Origin: Candidatus Binatia bacterium
GTDB lineage: Bacteria > Desulfobacterota > Binatia > HRBIN30
Assembly (NCBI GenBank): GCA_038245295.1
Contig: JBBRSP010000006.1
Location: 96,001 to 160,000, forward strand
Length of the DNA: 64,000 bases
Reading direction: 5' to 3'
A program made the position numbers and the translations under genes. Below the pieces are notes generated by a model that worked only from the letters and a program-made list of their open reading frames with translations, searched no databases and was not told the DNA's origin. Positions 1-11,161 of this stretch are shown here, piece by piece. Positions within the stretch are counted from its first letter, which is position 1, and the number at the start of each line of letters is the position of its first letter.

Positions 1-792
1 GATCGCTCGGATCTGTTCCACCGCCTTGTCGAGCGCCGTCGCCATGGCCTCGTGCATCGGCTCAGGCTCGTGACCTTCGACAAAAATCGGAGTCCAACCG
101 TAACCGCGCAGCAACTGTTCCAGTTCTTCGTGGGTGATACGCGCCAGAATCGTCGGGTTCGCAATCTTGTACCCATTCAAATGGAGGATCGGCAGCACGG
201 CGCCGTCGCCGACCGGGTTCAGGAACTTGTTGGAATGCCAGGCCGTTGCCAGCGGTCCGGTTTCCGCTTCTCCATCGCCGACGACGCACGCGACGATGAG
301 GTCAGGATTGTCGAACACCGCTCCAAACGAATGGCTCAGCGAGTAGCCCAACTCACCGCCCTCGTGGATCGATCCGGGTGTCTCCGGTGAGGCGTGGCTC
401 GGAATTCCGCCTGGAAACGAAAACTGAAGAAACAGCTTCCGCAGCCCCGCTTCGTCTCGGCCGATGTCGGGATAGATCTCGCTGTACGTGCCTTCGAGGT
501 ACGTGTTGGCGACGACGGCCGGCCCACCGTGTCCCGGGCCGGAGACAAAGATCATATCGAGATCGTATTTCTTGATGACCCGGTTCAGATGCACGTATAT
601 GAAGTTCTGCCCGGGGGTCGTGCCCCAATGCCCGAGCAACATGTGCTTCACATCCGTGAGCGCCAGCGGCCGCTTCAGAAGGGGGTTGTCGTAGAGAAAG
701 ATCTGTCCGACCGACAGGTAGTTTGCAGCCCGCCAATAAGCATCCATCTGGCGCCGCAGATCCGGGGCAAGTGTCGTATTGTCGCTGTTCAT
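1..792 (-). CDS. xfp: Xylulose-5-phosphate/fructose-6-phosphate phosphoketolase, N-terminal part (runs off the window start)
   Basis: Not in the ORF track because it has no stop in the window. Manual translation from ATG 792 gives [39 protein letters not shown]...[15 protein letters not shown]...GPGHGGP...[11 protein letters not shown]...[11 protein letters not shown]...[12 protein letters not shown], which are hallmark XFP motifs. The start overlaps the ackA stop (ATGA). Confidence 0.96.
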   Translation of the reverse strand, partial: MNSDNTTLAPDLRRQMDAYWRAANYLSVGQIFLYDNPLLKRPLALTDVKHMLLGHWGTTPGQNFIYVHLNRVIKKYDLDMIFVSGPGHGGPAVVANTYLEGTYSEIYPDIGRDEAGLRKLFLQFSFPGGIPSHASPETPGSIHEGGELGYSLSHSFGAVFDNPDLIVACVVGDGEAETGPLATAWHSNKFLNPVGDGAVLPILHLNGYKIANPTILARITHEELEQLLRGYGWTPIFVEGHEPEPMHEAMATALDKAVEQIRAI

Positions 793-2003
793 CTGGCGAT
801 TCCCTTCGCTGTTGGAGCAAGATCGAGAACGCGGCAGACTGATCGCGCGATCATCAGCTCTTCGTTCGTTCGAATGACGCGGACCGTCGCGCGGCTGGCG
901 TCTGAAGAAATCACCCCTGCGTGCGCTTCGTTGCGCGACACGTTCAAGTCGATACCGAGGAAGCCGAGCCCTTCGCAGATGCGCGCACGCACCGGCGCGG
1001 CGTGCTCACCGATGCCTCCGGAGAACACCAAGGTATCGAGACCACCGAGCACGGCGGCGTAAGCCCCGATCCACTTCTTGGCCTGGTAGCAAAACAGCGC
1101 CACCGCCTCGGCGGCCCGAACATCGTCGGCTTCGCGCGCCAGCAATTCCCGCATGTCGGAGCTGGTCTCGGAAACGCCGAGCAGTCCGGAGTCGTGGTTC
1201 ATCATGTGGTCCAGCTGCGTGGCGCTCATTTGTTCGCCGCGCAGCAGAAAGGAAAGGAGTCCGGGGTCAACGTCGCCGGCACGTGTGCCCATCACCAGAC
1301 CAGCCGCCGGAGTGAATCCCATCGTCGTGTCCAGGCTGCCGCCATCACGCACCGCCGCCAGGCTCGCGCCGTTGCCCAGATGGGCAAAGATCACGCGGCC
1401 GTTCGCCGCACGTGAGCCCGCGAGATGCTCGAGCTCCTGCAGCAAATACTCGTAGGAGAGACCGTGGAACCCGTAGCGTCGAAGGCCCTGCCCCTCGTAC
1501 CGCCGCGGGATGGGCAACAAACGCGCCTGGCGCGGCATGGCGTGATGAAAGGCCGTGTCGAAGCAGGCGATCTGGGTGAGATCGGGGAAGCGGCGAACAA
1601 ACGCCTCGATCAACAGGATCGCTTCCGGCAAATGCTCGGGGTCGAACGGACTGAGTTGACGTAAGTCTTCGATCATTGCGGGCGTGATACGCTGCGGCTC
1701 CCAGTAGTTCGGGCCGCCATGCACGACGCGATGCCCGACGGCCACCAACGAACCGGGGTCGACGCGTTCTTGAAGCCAATCCATCAAGAGGCTGACGGCG
1801 GTCGAGTGATCCGGAACGCTCGCGGGTCGCGAGAAACGATCGCCCGAGTTCATGCCTTCTACGGTGAACTCACCCTGAGGCAACCCCACGCCTGCGATCC
1901 GGCCGTGCAGTACTCGCCCAGACGATTCGTCCGCTCCGAACAACGCGAACTTGATACTCGACGAGCCGCCGTTGATGGTTAGGACGCGTGATTGGGATGA
2001 CAT
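789..2003 (-). CDS. ackA: Acetate/propionate kinase
   Basis: [55 protein letters not shown] and TNEE motifs; adjacent to xfp. Confidence 0.96.
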   Translation of the reverse strand: MSSQSRVLTINGGSSSIKFALFGADESSGRVLHGRIAGVGLPQGEFTVEGMNSGDRFSRPASVPDHSTAVSLLMDWLQERVDPGSLVAVGHRVVHGGPNYWEPQRITPAMIEDLRQLSPFDPEHLPEAILLIEAFVRRFPDLTQIACFDTAFHHAMPRQARLLPIPRRYEGQGLRRYGFHGLSYEYLLQELEHLAGSRAANGRVIFAHLGNGASLAAVRDGGSLDTTMGFTPAAGLVMGTRAGDVDPGLLSFLLRGEQMSATQLDHMMNHDSGLLGVSETSSDMRELLAREADDVRAAEAVALFCYQAKKWIGAYAAVLGGLDTLVFSGGIGEHAAPVRARICEGLGFLGIDLNVSRNEAHAGVISSDASRATVRVIRTNEELMIARSVCRVLDLAPTAKGIAR

Positions 2004-2067
2004 CGCGCCCTTTCCTCACGGTGATCGGCCCCCGCCAGACCAGGCGTGGCCAGCCCGGAGCCGAGTA

Positions 2068-3711
2068 TCATGACGTCGCCCCCCGGAGATTTCGGTAGAG
2101 CCGAATCAGGGCATTGGTCGAACTGTCGTGGGAAAGTTGTGGTTCCGCGGTGCTCTCGATCTCAGGCACGATGCGTTGGGCCAGCACCTTCCCCAGCTCC
2201 ACACCCCACTGGTCGAACGAATCAAGCTCCCAGATGACACCTTGTGTGAAGACGCTGTGTTCGTAAAGCGCGACGAGCTTTCCGAGCGCCGCCGGGGTTA
2301 GCCGTTCGAGAAGAATCGTGTTGGACGGGCGGTTGCCTTCAAAGGTGCGATGCGGCGCCAACCAGGCCGGCGTGCCTTCACCTCTTACTTCTTTGGACGT
2401 CTTCCCAAAGGCCAACGCCTCGGCCTGGGCGAACACGTTGGCGAGGAGCAAGTCGTGATGGCGGCCGAGCGGGTTGAGCGACTGGGCGAAGGCGATGAAG
2501 TCGCACGGGATCAGCTTGGTTCCCTGATGAATCAGTTGGTAGAACGAATGCTGACCGTTCGTACCCGGCTCACCCCAGAAAATAGGTCCGGTCTGGTAGC
2601 TAACAGGTGCTCCGTCCAGCGTGACGTGTTTGCCATTGCTCTCCATTGTCAGCTGCTGAAGGTAGGCTGGGAAGCGCTTCAGGTATTGCTCGTAGGGCAG
2701 CACAGCGATGGTCTGGGCGCCGAAGAAGTTGTTGTACCAGACGGCCAAGAGGCCTAGTAGCACAGGCAGGTTGCGTTCGAACGGAGCGCTGCGGAAGTGC
2801 TCGTCCATCTCGTGGAAGCCGTCGAGCATGGCGCGAAAATTTCCGGGTCCGATGGCAAGCATGGTCGACAGACCAATCGCCGAGTCCATCGAGTAGCGAC
2901 CGCCGACCCAGTCCCAGAACTCGAACATGTTGTCGGTATCGATGCCAAACTTCGCGACCTCCGGCGCATTGGTCGAGACAGCGACGAAATGCCTGGCAAC
3001 CGCAGTGTCGTCCTTCAAGGTCTCGAGTGCCCAGGCGCGTGCTGAGTGTGCGTTGGTCATCGTCTCCAGCGTCGTGAACGTCTTGGACGAGATGATGAAC
3101 AGCGTCTCGGCAGCATCAAGATCGCATGTTGCCTCGGCGAAGTCGGTGCCATCGACGTTGGAAACGAAACGAAAGGTGATGTCGCGGCGGCTGTATTGCC
3201 GCAAGGCCTCGAAGGCCATCACAGGCCCCAGGTCAGACCCGCCGATGCCAACATTGATGACATTGCGGATGGCCTTGCCCGTATACCCCTTCCACTCACC
3301 ATTCCGCACGCGGTCGGAGAAGGCGGTCATCTTGTCTAACACGGCTTGGACTTGCGGCACGACGTCGACACCGTCGACGACGATCGATTGCCCCTTCGGT
3401 GCCCGCAAGGCCACGTGCAAAACGGCACGTTTCTCGGTGACGTTGATCTGCTCGGCGCCAAACATCGCGTCGATGCGTGACCGCAGACCGCATTCCTCAG
3501 CGAGTTGCAGCAGCAGCTTCAGCGTCTCGTCCGTGACGCGGTTCTTCGAATAGTCGAGGTAGATGCCAGCCGCTTCAGCGGTCAGACGCTCGCCGCGCGT
3601 CGAATCGTCGGCAAACAGTTGCCGCAGATGTTGCTTCCGGACTGTGGAGTAGTGGGTCTTCAGCGCCTTCCATGCGGCACGGTTCGCCAGCCCTTTTGTC
3701 GCTCGGGTCAT
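2068..3711 (-). CDS. pgi: Glucose-6-phosphate isomerase
   Basis: [41 protein letters not shown] and DQWGVELGK motifs. Start placed at ATG 3711, downstream of GGTAGGA. Confidence 0.97.
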   Translation of the reverse strand: MTRATKGLANRAAWKALKTHYSTVRKQHLRQLFADDSTRGERLTAEAAGIYLDYSKNRVTDETLKLLLQLAEECGLRSRIDAMFGAEQINVTEKRAVLHVALRAPKGQSIVVDGVDVVPQVQAVLDKMTAFSDRVRNGEWKGYTGKAIRNVINVGIGGSDLGPVMAFEALRQYSRRDITFRFVSNVDGTDFAEATCDLDAAETLFIISSKTFTTLETMTNAHSARAWALETLKDDTAVARHFVAVSTNAPEVAKFGIDTDNMFEFWDWVGGRYSMDSAIGLSTMLAIGPGNFRAMLDGFHEMDEHFRSAPFERNLPVLLGLLAVWYNNFFGAQTIAVLPYEQYLKRFPAYLQQLTMESNGKHVTLDGAPVSYQTGPIFWGEPGTNGQHSFYQLIHQGTKLIPCDFIAFAQSLNPLGRHHDLLLANVFAQAEALAFGKTSKEVRGEGTPAWLAPHRTFEGNRPSNTILLERLTPAALGKLVALYEHSVFTQGVIWELDSFDQWGVELGKVLAQRIVPEIESTAEPQLSHDSSTNALIRLYRNLRGATS

Positions 3712-3777
3712 AGTCCGCGATCCTACCGCAGAACGGCCGATAGGACACCCCACAATCTGTGGGCGCGACGAGTGTGA

Positions 3778-5955
3778 TCATGGCGCCAAAGGATCGATGA
3801 TCTTCGGCACCTCGCCACGTACCGCGCTGTCGAAAAAGACGATCCGCTGACGTAGCGACTCGGCCGCGCTCTGCGCGCAGTAGTGGCCCTCCGGCTCGTG
3901 TCGCGCCAAACAGCCCGGCGTCGGCGCGATGCCTTCGACACCGATCGGCACGTATTGATAGAAGGCCGCCGTGGTGTCGGCGTCGACGTTGCCGACGATC
4001 GGACCGTCCACCACCTGCAGTGCTGGGACGGGGCGCTGCACTGGCGCGACGTGCGGAAGCGGCAAGAAGGCGTAGGCTAACGCCTCGGACGCGTTGTTCG
4101 GCACCAACGAGTCGGTCAGACCCTCGACCTGCAGAATGCTCCCCTTCTTCGTCGAGCCCGCAATGCTGACCGGTTCGCGATACATATACCGCGCGTGGTT
4201 CGCGGCATCCTGTTTGTCGAACATGTGTTGGAACAACGACATACCCACCCAAAGGTCGGTTGCCGTCATGTTCGGGTACACCATGCCGAGAGTCATCAAG
4301 ATCGCCTGGGGCTGCTGGTGAATCAGCGTCTCCGCCAGACGTCCGCCGCCGACGATCACACCCGCGGCACGAATCTCCGGCGCGTACGGCAGGAACGCCG
4401 GCGCGTAGTTGGCCCCCTGGCTGATGCCGACGTAGGTCAGAGGTAACGTCGGATCCATATCCGGAATGCCGTCGGGGTGGCCGAGAGGCAGAACGTCGAC
4501 CGTGCCGAGACTCTTGATCAGCTGCAGAAACGCCAACTGCTCGGCATTGAGCTCTTCCCAGAAGTCGGGGACCTTGGCGCTTTGGATGAGCGGAAAGAAA
4601 ATCGCCGTCACCTGCGCCGTGATGGCTTCCACTTCGTTTGTCGCATTGGGACTCAACTCGCGATTGAGGATGTCGCGAAAGCCGATCACGGCATAGCCGG
4701 CCGCGCCTAGGTAGTTGCGCGCCGAGCTCGGCACCTCGCGCTTCGGGTCACCGGGATTGCCGTGTTGATACATGGTGATGGGCACATGCCCTGTGGTCGC
4801 CGCAGCTTTCGGCAACGCCAACCAGAAGTCGAGCTTGTTGGTCTTTGTCTGCCGCGGCTTGCCGTCGGCATCGCGCGCGATGAAATTGCCGGAGCGCCAA
4901 TCCGGAGCATCCCAGCTCCCCTTGATGATCGCGGCCACATCCGACGTATCACCGGGCATGATATTCCCCGGCAAGATCTCGAAATGCGGCGCCGGAGCGG
5001 CCAACACCTGATCCTTGATCGCCACCAGATCGGCCGGAATATCATCGGTCGTGCGGATCGTGAAACGCAATGCCAGAGCGATGTCGGCACGAGCGACTCC
5101 GGTCCCGGCGACGACATCGTCCACCAGGCTTCGGACCGGAGCCACCTCAGGCGCCTCCTCCGTTTGTGAAGGTGGCGCCAAAACCGTCTGCATGAACACC
5201 GACGGCTCGAAGTTGTAGCCACTCAGACTGCGCACCCGGCGCGTCACGACGAACCCATACCGGCCCCCCGGCTCGAGTTGGATCGATGGATAGATCAGCA
5301 TCGAGTGACTAAGGATGTTCATGACGCTGTGGTCGCTACGCAGATCGACGCGGAACGGGACACGCTGGCCCTGCGTCGGGCTGCCGGGGGTTAAGTCGTA
5401 GAGAGCGACGTTGGCATCAGCGGCTACCGATTCCACCGACGTCAACGGCACCGAAGCGGGGTCGGGCGCATCACTCAGTTCGACAACGAAGTGCGCGCTC
5501 GGACTGAAGCCATCGAGTTTGTTGGGCTCGCGCGTCAGCTGTTTGAAGATGCCTTGGACATCCGCGGTAGCGGCCGGAACGGGGACGTTCAGCCGAACAC
5601 CATTGGGCTTGGTCGTATCACCCACAAGCCAGAAATCGTCCGGAATCGGCGACGACAGCCGATGGTTGCGGCGGTCATAAATCACCGTCGGACTAACCGG
5701 GCAGCCCTCGAGTGCCGCGGCAACACCGCGCAACAGCTCCTCAACCGTTACTTCGCCATCGCCGTTGCGGTCGAGTGAGGCGCAGGATGCAACCGGCGCT
5801 TCGTTGAGAGCGATGTTCACACCGATCAGCAACTCGTCGACGGTCACCTGGCGATCGCCGCCGCAGTCACCGGGGCAAATGGGCTGCGCCGAGGCGATCG
5901 GTGAACCGAGAAACGAAGACCAAACCACGGCGAGAGTGAGCAGCAGCGTACGCAT
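3778..5955 (-). CDS. Secreted alpha/beta-hydrolase (lipase-like) with N-terminal EF-hand/dockerin-like module
   Basis: Signal peptide; CPGDCGGDRQVTVDELL...DRNGDGEVTVEELL...GC module; YQHG oxyanion region; GISQG nucleophile elbow; candidate catalytic Asp (TDSLVP) and His (PEGH). Confidence 0.7.
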   Translation of the reverse strand: MRTLLLTLAVVWSSFLGSPIASAQPICPGDCGGDRQVTVDELLIGVNIALNEAPVASCASLDRNGDGEVTVEELLRGVAAALEGCPVSPTVIYDRRNHRLSSPIPDDFWLVGDTTKPNGVRLNVPVPAATADVQGIFKQLTREPNKLDGFSPSAHFVVELSDAPDPASVPLTSVESVAADANVALYDLTPGSPTQGQRVPFRVDLRSDHSVMNILSHSMLIYPSIQLEPGGRYGFVVTRRVRSLSGYNFEPSVFMQTVLAPPSQTEEAPEVAPVRSLVDDVVAGTGVARADIALALRFTIRTTDDIPADLVAIKDQVLAAPAPHFEILPGNIMPGDTSDVAAIIKGSWDAPDWRSGNFIARDADGKPRQTKTNKLDFWLALPKAAATTGHVPITMYQHGNPGDPKREVPSSARNYLGAAGYAVIGFRDILNRELSPNATNEVEAITAQVTAIFFPLIQSAKVPDFWEELNAEQLAFLQLIKSLGTVDVLPLGHPDGIPDMDPTLPLTYVGISQGANYAPAFLPYAPEIRAAGVIVGGGRLAETLIHQQPQAILMTLGMVYPNMTATDLWVGMSLFQHMFDKQDAANHARYMYREPVSIAGSTKKGSILQVEGLTDSLVPNNASEALAYAFLPLPHVAPVQRPVPALQVVDGPIVGNVDADTTAAFYQYVPIGVEGIAPTPGCLARHEPEGHYCAQSAAESLRQRIVFFDSAVRGEVPKIIDPLAP

Positions 5956-6014
5956 GTGGCGGCCATACCAGATCGAGTCGCACCGGCAAACAAAAACCGG
6001 TCGAAGCGCACCAA

Positions 6015-8591
6015 CTAGTCTTCGAGAGGTGGGTTCTGGCGCGTTGTCTGATCGCGCGGCAGCAAGACGATGAATCGCGATCCTTGACCGGGCTCGCTCT
6101 CAACGTCGACCCGACCCCCGAGAAGCTCCGAGAGTCGCCGCACGATGTACAGGCCGAGGCCAACACCACCGTGCCGGCGTGTCGCCGAACTATCGGCCTG
6201 GCGGAACGCTTCGAAGATCAGCTCGCGCAAGGCGGGAGCGATGCCAATCCCGGTGTCACTCACTGAGAATTCGACCCATCCGTCGCGTTGCCGCACCGCG
6301 ACACACACAGTACCCCTCTCGGTAAACTTCAGGGCGTTGCCGATGAGGTTCTTCAGAATCACCTTCACCTTGACCGGGTCGGTACGCATGCGACCCAGGT
6401 CCGGGGCGATATCCCAGTCAAATGACACCGCCGGCCGCTCACGCAGAATCGTCGTTTCGGCGTCGACCTCGCCGATGATGTCGCCAATGTTGGCGTCTCG
6501 AATATCCAACGGTACGCGTCCGGTATCGAGGCGACTGACGTTCAACGTCGCATTGATGAGCTCGAGCAATTCCTGGGCGCTCTTACCGACACGGCGCATG
6601 GCATCGTTTTGTTCCTTCGACAGATCGCCGAATTCGCCGTCCATGAGCAAGTCGTTGTACCCGATGATTACGTTGAGCGGACTACGCAGCTCGTGAGACA
6701 TCGTCGCAACGAAGTCAGATTTCAAACGACTGGCCCGCTCCAATTCCCCGACAAGACGTGCGTTTTCCAAAGCCATCGATCCCAGCTGAGCAATGCCGCG
6801 CAAGATTCGTCGCTGGCGCGTGCTGAACGACTGGCTTCCTGATCGACGACGAGCCACCTGGTAGCCGATCATCTCGTCGCCGCGATGCAACGCCACATAC
6901 AGGCTCGCCTTCACGGGTTGGCGACGACTGCGACAATCGATCGGCACCCCGAGCACCTCGACCAGTTCCTCGCGCCGCAACCCGTCGGTAACGGCTCCCA
7001 GCAGGCGCTCGGGAATACGCAGCAGTCGGGTCTCCTCCCAATCCTCGGCGGAATCGCCGAAGCCGGAGACTGGCACATACACCTGCTCATCGGCGCGCCA
7101 CAGCACCGTTTGGCTGGCATCACACTCGAGAACATTCGTCGTCAGCTGGCACAATCGTTCCAATACAACCGGAGTGTTGAGCTCGACATTCAATTCACGG
7201 CCAACACGCGCCAAGGCCGCGGCGATTTGTGCTTCTTCGCGTTGGGCGCGATACAGTTCAGCTGTCTCAAGCGCCAGCCCGGCATGGCGGCCGATGTTCT
7301 CGAGCAGCGTCACTTGTTCAGCCGAGAAGCGATCCCCGGGGGTCGTTTTCATCGCCGCAAAGGCGCCGAGGACGCGCCCGCGTACGGCTAACGGAACGGC
7401 GAGCAAACACTCTACACCAACGGTCCGCAGAATCTCCGTCGGCATCCACGACTCCGCTGAGTCGAGACCGAGTACAACCGTCTGGCCCGACATCAGGGCG
7501 CGGCTGATCGGTAAGTCGAGCGGGTACTCCATCTGTTCGAGATACGCCGTATGTTCGTCGGGAACGCCGAAGCGAGAGATGTCTCGCAAGACGTTGTGCT
7601 GTTGATCCCAGTAGAACGTAGCGACGCGGTCACACGGCAAGAGAGCCGCGGTGCGGCGTTGCAGGCGATTGAGCAACTCGTCGAACTCCGGCGTACTGCT
7701 GAGATCCTTGGCTAGCTCGAGCAACTCCGAGAGAGTTTTCTCGACCTGCTTTTGATGGCGGATATCGCGCGCGATCGTTGCGTAGAAGTCGACCTTGTCC
7801 TGCGTGTCGCGATGCGCCACCACGACTTGCGACACCGGCACCACCTGCCCTTCCGGCGTGCGGATATCGGCTTCACCAACCCACGATCCTTCATTGATCG
7901 CTGTACGCAAGGCGCCGCGCGCCAGAATCTGCTGTGTCGCTTCGGTCTGAAACTCCTGGGCGAAGCGACCGATTGGGTTCTCCGCACCCATGATTTTACG
8001 GCCGGCTCGATTGACGTATAGGATGCGACCGCTGGCGTCGGTGACACCGACGAAGTCCGACGTCGCATCGAGCACTGCCGAGAGTCGCACCTGCGCTTCC
8101 TCGGCCTGGCGCCGATTGCTGACGTCGACCAGCGCCCCACGTAGCTGCACCGGTTGACCATTTTCATCACGCACGAGCCGCGCCACGCCGTAAACCCACA
8201 CGGTGCGGCCGCTGGCATCGATGACCCTATATTCCCCAGACACCGGAAGATCGGCATCGGCAAGCCTAGAGTACCAGCGGAGAGTCAACTCCCGGTCTTT
8301 GGTGTGGATGCGATTGAGCAGAAACGCCGGCTCGTCGAGCCAACGCTGGAGAGGGTAGCCAAGAAGCGATTCGGCCCTCTGGCTTACAAAGGTAAAGCGG
8401 TTGTTGCGCGGATCGGCTTCCCAGACGACCACATCGAGGTCCTGGATTAGATCGTGATATCGAGTGGCAGACGCCTCAGCCAGCGCCAGACGTCGCTCGA
8501 CCTCGACTATGCGCGCCTCGAGATCGGCAACGCTCCATGCGGGCATTTGTACGGGTTCATTCACAATGCGAACTCGCCGACCACGCGACAA
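6015..8591 (-). CDS. PAS-PAS-GAF-GAF sensor histidine kinase
   Basis: H-box FVATMSHELRSPL, N-box NLIGNALKFT, G1 DTGIGI, F-box FEAFRQ, G2 GGVGLGL; no transmembrane segments. Confidence 0.92.
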   Translation of the reverse strand: MSRGRRVRIVNEPVQMPAWSVADLEARIVEVERRLALAEASATRYHDLIQDLDVVVWEADPRNNRFTFVSQRAESLLGYPLQRWLDEPAFLLNRIHTKDRELTLRWYSRLADADLPVSGEYRVIDASGRTVWVYGVARLVRDENGQPVQLRGALVDVSNRRQAEEAQVRLSAVLDATSDFVGVTDASGRILYVNRAGRKIMGAENPIGRFAQEFQTEATQQILARGALRTAINEGSWVGEADIRTPEGQVVPVSQVVVAHRDTQDKVDFYATIARDIRHQKQVEKTLSELLELAKDLSSTPEFDELLNRLQRRTAALLPCDRVATFYWDQQHNVLRDISRFGVPDEHTAYLEQMEYPLDLPISRALMSGQTVVLGLDSAESWMPTEILRTVGVECLLAVPLAVRGRVLGAFAAMKTTPGDRFSAEQVTLLENIGRHAGLALETAELYRAQREEAQIAAALARVGRELNVELNTPVVLERLCQLTTNVLECDASQTVLWRADEQVYVPVSGFGDSAEDWEETRLLRIPERLLGAVTDGLRREELVEVLGVPIDCRSRRQPVKASLYVALHRGDEMIGYQVARRRSGSQSFSTRQRRILRGIAQLGSMALENARLVGELERASRLKSDFVATMSHELRSPLNVIIGYNDLLMDGEFGDLSKEQNDAMRRVGKSAQELLELINATLNVSRLDTGRVPLDIRDANIGDIIGEVDAETTILRERPAVSFDWDIAPDLGRMRTDPVKVKVILKNLIGNALKFTERGTVCVAVRQRDGWVEFSVSDTGIGIAPALRELIFEAFRQADSSATRRHGGVGLGLYIVRRLSELLGGRVDVESEPGQGSRFIVLLPRDQTTRQNPPLED

Positions 8592-8662
8592 TGCGTCGCA
8601 TTAGTGCGAAAGCCGCCGTCGCGTCAACCGACATTGTACGCCAGCCCTCCGAGACTCGGCAG

Positions 8663-10975
8663 CTAGCGACAATCTGGTCCGGACGTGCAGCGACAGCTCG
8701 CCCCCGCACAGTCCAAAATATTGACCCGTCCCTCCGGCGTCTGCCACTCCGTACCGGCGCCGCTCGTGTGCCCCAGGGTCAGAAGGAACGAGACCTTGAC
8801 CTCCTCCGAATCGCGGCGATCAAGGATCGTCAGTGATTCGCAGCGTGCTTTTGTCGATGTCCGGCCGGCCTCGCGGTTGAGCTCTTCGCAGCGGACCCCC
8901 ATCCAGGCTTGCACCATGCGTCCGAGATCGGCGCCACCTGCCGAGGCTGGCACCTTGGCGGGTGCGGGGGCCGGGGCGGCCGGCGCGGCCGGCGCCAATC
9001 GTGGCGGATTCAGAATGGGAGTTGGGACGAAGCGCGTCGGCGTGGCTTCGACTACGACTCGCGTCGGCGTCGCCTCCACGTGTTTGCTGGCCAGCCGCCC
9101 CGCTTCGTCGAAGGATCGTTTGGCCTTCTCGTAATTGGCGCGTCGCGGCTTGAAATCCACCGGCTCCTCACCGCCTTGCTCGGCCTCGATCCAGGCTGCC
9201 TCGCCGGCTGAATACGGCGCCGCGGCCAACCGCGAAGCATCGTGTTTGTTCGCCGCCGCACGTGCCGTGGCTGCCGCGGCGCGCGCGGCACGCAACTCTT
9301 CGCGTACCGGCTCGCCGACACTGCGAAGGATCTTGGTTGCCTCGTCAGCAAGCGCCGCCGCGTGTTTCGTGTCGATCGCGATTTCGTTTTTCGCCGCTCC
9401 CAGAACCTCCACCCCGTGGTCGTAGGTGCTTCGGCCAAAACTTGATTGGGCTTGCCATGCTTGCGCGATTCGTTGCGCCTGCTCGGCACGCGTCACAGCC
9501 TCGGTCGCCGCCTTGCGGGCAGCGTCGCTTGAGGCGGCGCTCGTTAACAGCGAGGTGATACGGCCACGCAGCGAGTCGGCTTCTACTTGCAGTTGTCGCA
9601 ATTGGCCGGGATTAACATCGGCGCCCGTGAGGCGCGACTCCATATCCTGACGTTCACTGCGCACCTGCTCGATGTCGTGGCCGCTCACCGTGGCAGGAAC
9701 CTTGGCCAACTCGGTATCGACGATCTGTCGGATCTGATCCGACCAGCGCTGGCGCTTGGTCCACGTCGCGGTTCGAAAGCCTTCCTCGGCCTGCCCGATC
9801 AAGCGAACTGCGTCGGCGAATCGGCTGGCCGCATAGTCCTTCTCGGCCTGAACGCGCGCCTCCGCGGCGCTGCGAAAACCTTCATCTTCCTTGGCTTCGA
9901 AGTCGGCCGCCTTTTGCGCGAGATCCGCCACATTGCTGACGCGCGCTTGCCACGCCGCTTCGCGTGACGCTTGATACAAACGCGTCCGTGCTGCGTAGTC
10001 ATCGTCGTCGTTGAAATTCTCCGCCTGCCCCCACAAACCGACGGCGAGTTTTGATGCCTGCAAGATCTCGGCATCCTTACGCGCCGCGCCCATGCGGATT
10101 TCGTCCTGTGGGCCGTTGGTACCGAACCACAGGAAGAGCCCGACGGTTGCGGCAAACAACGTCGTCAGGACAAGCAACATGCCCCAGCCCCGACGCACCG
10201 CGGTCGGCGCGGCCGCAGATGTCGCCTCGCTGACGGTACTGCGCCGGAACGCATCAACAACATCGGACCAACGCCGAAACCGAGCTTCCGGGTCAACCTC
10301 CAAGAGGCGTTCGATCACCGCCACGAGGCTGGCGGGCACCTCGGCACTCGACAGGCGAAGTGCGTCGCTCAAGCGCCCACCCGAGCGCGGCAGCGAGCCG
10401 GTCAACGCTTCATACAACACAACGCCGAGGGAGAATTGATCGATGCGTTCATCAATATCGCCGCCCCGTAGCGCCACTTCGGGAGCTGTGTACGGAGAAT
10501 CGAGCGGAAAGCGACCGACGGCGAGGAAATCGGTCACCTTGTACTTCAGGCCGTCGCGGGTGCGCAGAATATTTTCGGGGCGAAGATCGCCGTGAAAACG
10601 GATCCCGGCGCCATCAATGCCGGCAAACGCGGTGGCGACCTGTACTCCAAGGTCGGCAACGTCCTGCCAATCGAGGCGCCGCTGCTCGTCGAGCAGCGTG
10701 CTCAGATTGGCGCCGTCCAGCCATTCGGTGACGCTGTAGCTACCGGCGACGGGGTCGACGCCGCTGTCCAGAAATCGCGCCACACCGGGACGATCACCGA
10801 GGCGTGCTGTGGGATCAACGTCGGAAGAGTTCTCTTTGCTGAGGATACGGACGGCAACGAAAGCCTGCGTAACACGATCGCGGGCCTTGTAGAGTGCACC
10901 GCGCGAGCCCGATCGGACCGGCGGGCCCTCAAGGTCGTAGCGACTACCGATCACCGAAAATTCAGACGCGGACAT
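8663..10975 (-). CDS. Membrane-anchored Hanks-type Ser/Thr kinase-like protein (degenerate motifs) with long helical extracytoplasmic region
   Basis: HGDLRPENIL, YTAPE, DQFSLGVVLYEALTG; one TM segment (WGMLLVLTTLFAATVGLFLWF); Ala-rich coiled coil, Pro-rich linker and Cys-containing C-terminal domain. Confidence 0.8.
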   Translation of the reverse strand: MSASEFSVIGSRYDLEGPPVRSGSRGALYKARDRVTQAFVAVRILSKENSSDVDPTARLGDRPGVARFLDSGVDPVAGSYSVTEWLDGANLSTLLDEQRRLDWQDVADLGVQVATAFAGIDGAGIRFHGDLRPENILRTRDGLKYKVTDFLAVGRFPLDSPYTAPEVALRGGDIDERIDQFSLGVVLYEALTGSLPRSGGRLSDALRLSSAEVPASLVAVIERLLEVDPEARFRRWSDVVDAFRRSTVSEATSAAAPTAVRRGWGMLLVLTTLFAATVGLFLWFGTNGPQDEIRMGAARKDAEILQASKLAVGLWGQAENFNDDDDYAARTRLYQASREAAWQARVSNVADLAQKAADFEAKEDEGFRSAAEARVQAEKDYAASRFADAVRLIGQAEEGFRTATWTKRQRWSDQIRQIVDTELAKVPATVSGHDIEQVRSERQDMESRLTGADVNPGQLRQLQVEADSLRGRITSLLTSAASSDAARKAATEAVTRAEQAQRIAQAWQAQSSFGRSTYDHGVEVLGAAKNEIAIDTKHAAALADEATKILRSVGEPVREELRAARAAAATARAAANKHDASRLAAAPYSAGEAAWIEAEQGGEEPVDFKPRRANYEKAKRSFDEAGRLASKHVEATPTRVVVEATPTRFVPTPILNPPRLAPAAPAAPAPAPAKVPASAGGADLGRMVQAWMGVRCEELNREAGRTSTKARCESLTILDRRDSEEVKVSFLLTLGHTSGAGTEWQTPEGRVNILDCAGASCRCTSGPDCR

Positions 10976-11161
10976 AGCGGCACATCTGGCCGACCCGCCA
11001 ACACTGCGTGCGGGTCGTCACCATCCTCCCCTTCTCTTTGTCGTCGCAACCGCCAGGAACCACAACCGCGAAAACGCGGCAGTCTGTATCACACCGCCCA
11101 GCGGGCGAACCACTGGGAATACCGCGAAGTCGATAAAAGGCACCGCTTCGAGGCGCGGTAC

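Noticed and set aside
9035..9082. Short tandem repeat VEATPTR x2 in the kinase
   Set aside because: Ordinary low-complexity linker duplication
10962..11024. 20-aa upstream ORF (MVTTRTQCWRVGQMCRYVRV) overlapping the kinase start, with a GACCCGC/GCGGGTC hairpin
   Set aside because: GGAGG abuts the ATG with no spacing, and there is no other support for a leader peptide
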